This document shows, in pieces, positions 62,001-64,000 of a DNA stretch of 64,000 nt. Source of the DNA: Neodothiora populina (taxonomy: Eukaryota). The stretch is taken from the NCBI RefSeq assembly GCF_041146345.1, contig NW_027191405.1:1612001-1676000 (forward strand), given 5' to 3'. The notes under the pieces are model-generated. The model made no database searches. It worked only from the letters and a program-made list of their open reading frames with translations, and had not been told where the DNA came from. The position numbers and the translations under genes were made by a program. Position 1 is the first letter of the stretch. Each line of letters begins with the position of its first letter.

Positions 62001-63553
62001 ACGGCTCATGCATTTCAGACAATGTCCAAATCAAAAACTCAATCTACTCTAAGATCTTACAAGGAAACGCAGACTTTACCCGGAGAAAACGTACTGGTGC
62101 GGAGTGGAGACTGCGTAACGGCGGACCGTGGCGGGCTGCGGGAGGGGGAAAGGGAAGAGGTACATCGCAAGCACAGAGACAGAGAGTTAGTGAATGAAAA
62201 GAGAGTGGCTGGGAGAAAGGGAGAGGGATGAAACAAGAGGAGCCTCCCCCAAGCCTCCTCCTCGTAAGTGTGTCTCACCATAAACCCTCGAACACCAGGG
62301 TGTAGCCGAGAAGTGACAAAGCAAGGCAGCAGGACAGGCAACCAACGGAGTAATGCCCTGGCCATGATGTCGATGACGTGGAGACTTGAGACCCCGAGCA
62401 GGAACCAAGAGAAAAGAAAAGAGAAAAAGAAGGACACGGAAACACCATGAACTCCGTTCTCACAGCATAGCTGGCAAAACGCCGCGATCAGCAACATGAA
62501 GCAAAGAAAGGCAAAGGGAAAACACAGTCATGCTTTCGTAATGGTCGTAACGGGGAGAGGCCTGTCTTTTCCCCACTCCCCATTTTCCAAAGACGGTTCT
62601 CGAGAGGGACCGATTCGCTTTGTCGTGTCCTTCAACGGTCGTCGTTTCCAGAGCTCTTCTGAAAAGAGCAACAGCGGAGACAAATGAAAAGAAGAGAGAG
62701 AGAAGGCAGAATTGCTAATCGCCAGAACTACCGAAAAAGCAAGAGGTAAAACGGCTGCCAGCACTACGAGAAACCACAATCCGCCGCCGTCGTCGCACCG
62801 CCGCCCGCTTCACAAGAAAAACCCGTTATACGACGGTTTTTTTTGCTTGGTAAGTGCTGCGTTGCCTGGACTGCGTGCGAAGTGAAACACACGAAGCAAG
62901 CCCCGTGACTGTAAATCAAAACCTGAGGGCGAATGAGCTCCTTCTGATCCGTACGGCGTTTCCGAGGCGCCTCGCGAATGTCTGCTGATCGTCCAAAGGA
63001 TACGGCAAAATGTCATCACTGAGGATATACACTGGTTTGGGTAGAAAAGAGAGGTGTTTGTGAAATCGCACCTTGTGTGCTTGAAATGAGAAAATGCTTT
63101 GCTCAACTAGGTCCGGAAGCTGCTGCTGACAGCATACATCAGTTCGATTCCTCAGCCTGATCTATAAGTACAATGGCAATCGTTATAACAACAGCGATGC
63201 CGCTATGTCCCAAGTATTTTTTGTCCATGATGACCCATTAATCCCAACGTGTACCCTGACATGATGATAAAGAAAAGTGAATTAAGAAGCTGCAAGTGAC
63301 GTGCAAAAAATAAGAGGTATTTGTGCATGAAAACTCGTAAGTTTGACGCCATCGAGCAGACTCAACGAAACAGGTAAAGATAAGGAAAGTCGAAAGGTCG
63401 AAAAGTCGAAAAAGAAAATATGCTGTGCGTTGACCGAAACGAAACGCCACGCTTAGAAGGCTGTTCACTCTAAGCCGTGATATAGTGCAAGATGGTATCG
63501 TAAATTGGAAAAGATGGAGAGCGCAAAGGGGAATATTAGTGATGCAAGAAGCT

Positions 63554-64000
63554 CTAGTTTGTTGTAGAGCTTCCAGCGGAAGAATCGGGGCTGAGACCTT
63601 CGGTGTTCTTCTTGACGTTCTTCTCAAAGTATTCTGGCCCGTGGTTCGAAAAAGTGTAGTTCTTTGGGCCGGAGTCTGTTGCTTTGCGAGGGGTAGAGGA
63701 CTGTTTGACATCCTGCGGGGGCGTATACTCATGTACGAAAAAGTCTGCCGCTGGTGTGGAATGCTTCGGGACCTGCGAATACACCATGGTACCAGGACTA
63801 GAGTTTGACGACGGAAGGAAGGGGTTCTGGGAGTTCGGGGGTGTGCCCTGATGCTGCATTGGCTGTGCAAAGGGTGGCATGACAGGATAGCCCATGTGTA
63901 CCTCACCAGTGTTGGTCATGATATAAGACATGGGCATTTCCATCATGGCACCAGGCATCGCTTGCTGCTGACCCGGAAAGACGACATTAGGCATCTGAGG
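63554..64000 (-). CDS. 3' end of a gene running off the window; C-terminus reminiscent of HbxA/RfeB-type homeobox TFs
   Basis: Open frame to the window edge, Q/P/M-rich, ending FFVHEYTPPQ...PKNYTFSNHGPEYF. Family call is from remembered C-terminal similarity only; the homeodomain is not in the window. Confidence 0.5.
   Translation of the reverse strand, partial: PQMPNVVFPGQQQAMPGAMMEMPMSYIMTNTGEVHMGYPVMPPFAQPMQHQGTPPNSQNPFLPSSNSSPGTMVYSQVPKHSTPAADFFVHEYTPPQDVKQSSTPRKATDSGPKNYTFSNHGPEYFEKNVKKNTEGLSPDSSAGSSTTN

Noticed and set aside
1..64000. Transposons, CRISPR arrays, secondary-metabolite clusters, RIP-degraded AT-rich blocks
   Set aside because: No transposase or RT motifs, terminal repeats, spaced repeat arrays, PKS/NRPS genes or AT-rich blocks were seen.

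Overview
Gene-dense, intron-containing window from a filamentous ascomycete (Pezizomycotina; GT-AG introns with CTRAC-type branch sites; finer taxonomy cannot be established from this window). About 24 protein-coding genes can be modelled by hand: Pol4/Pol lambda, a BED-finger/Zn-cluster TF, a ZafA/Zap1-like C2H2 TF, an SVIP-like lipidated protein, SCAP, a divergent LtrA-like membrane protein, a 14-3-3-like protein, a mitochondrial hotdog thioesterase, Mms2, Mon2, a UBE2S-like E2, two hypotheticals, Hem25, gluconokinase, Rpp40, a DHA1 MFS transporter, a class-1 DHODH-like protein (probable dihydrouracil oxidase), Emc5, Msh5, Hsp78, EF-1beta and the 3' end of a probable HbxA/RfeB-type TF. RNA genes are an intron-containing tRNA-Ser(AGA) and an snR18/U18 snoRNA inside an EF-1beta intron. 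No transposon or CRISPR array is evident. Best lead: the meiotic gene MSH5 appears intact except for one in-frame TAG (52298-52296) upstream of its ATPase domain. I found no plausible intron that removes it, and its context fits fungal sexual-stage A-to-I editing; a recent nonsense mutation or a sequencing error is equally possible. Other leads: an unannotated small Cys-rich gene with TGA at codon 3, a long hairpin covering the branch region of the HEM25 intron, a SCAP leader with uATGs inside a candidate 5'UTR intron, and a ZafA-type ZR motif upstream of zafA itself. All family calls come from motif recognition; no database search was run.
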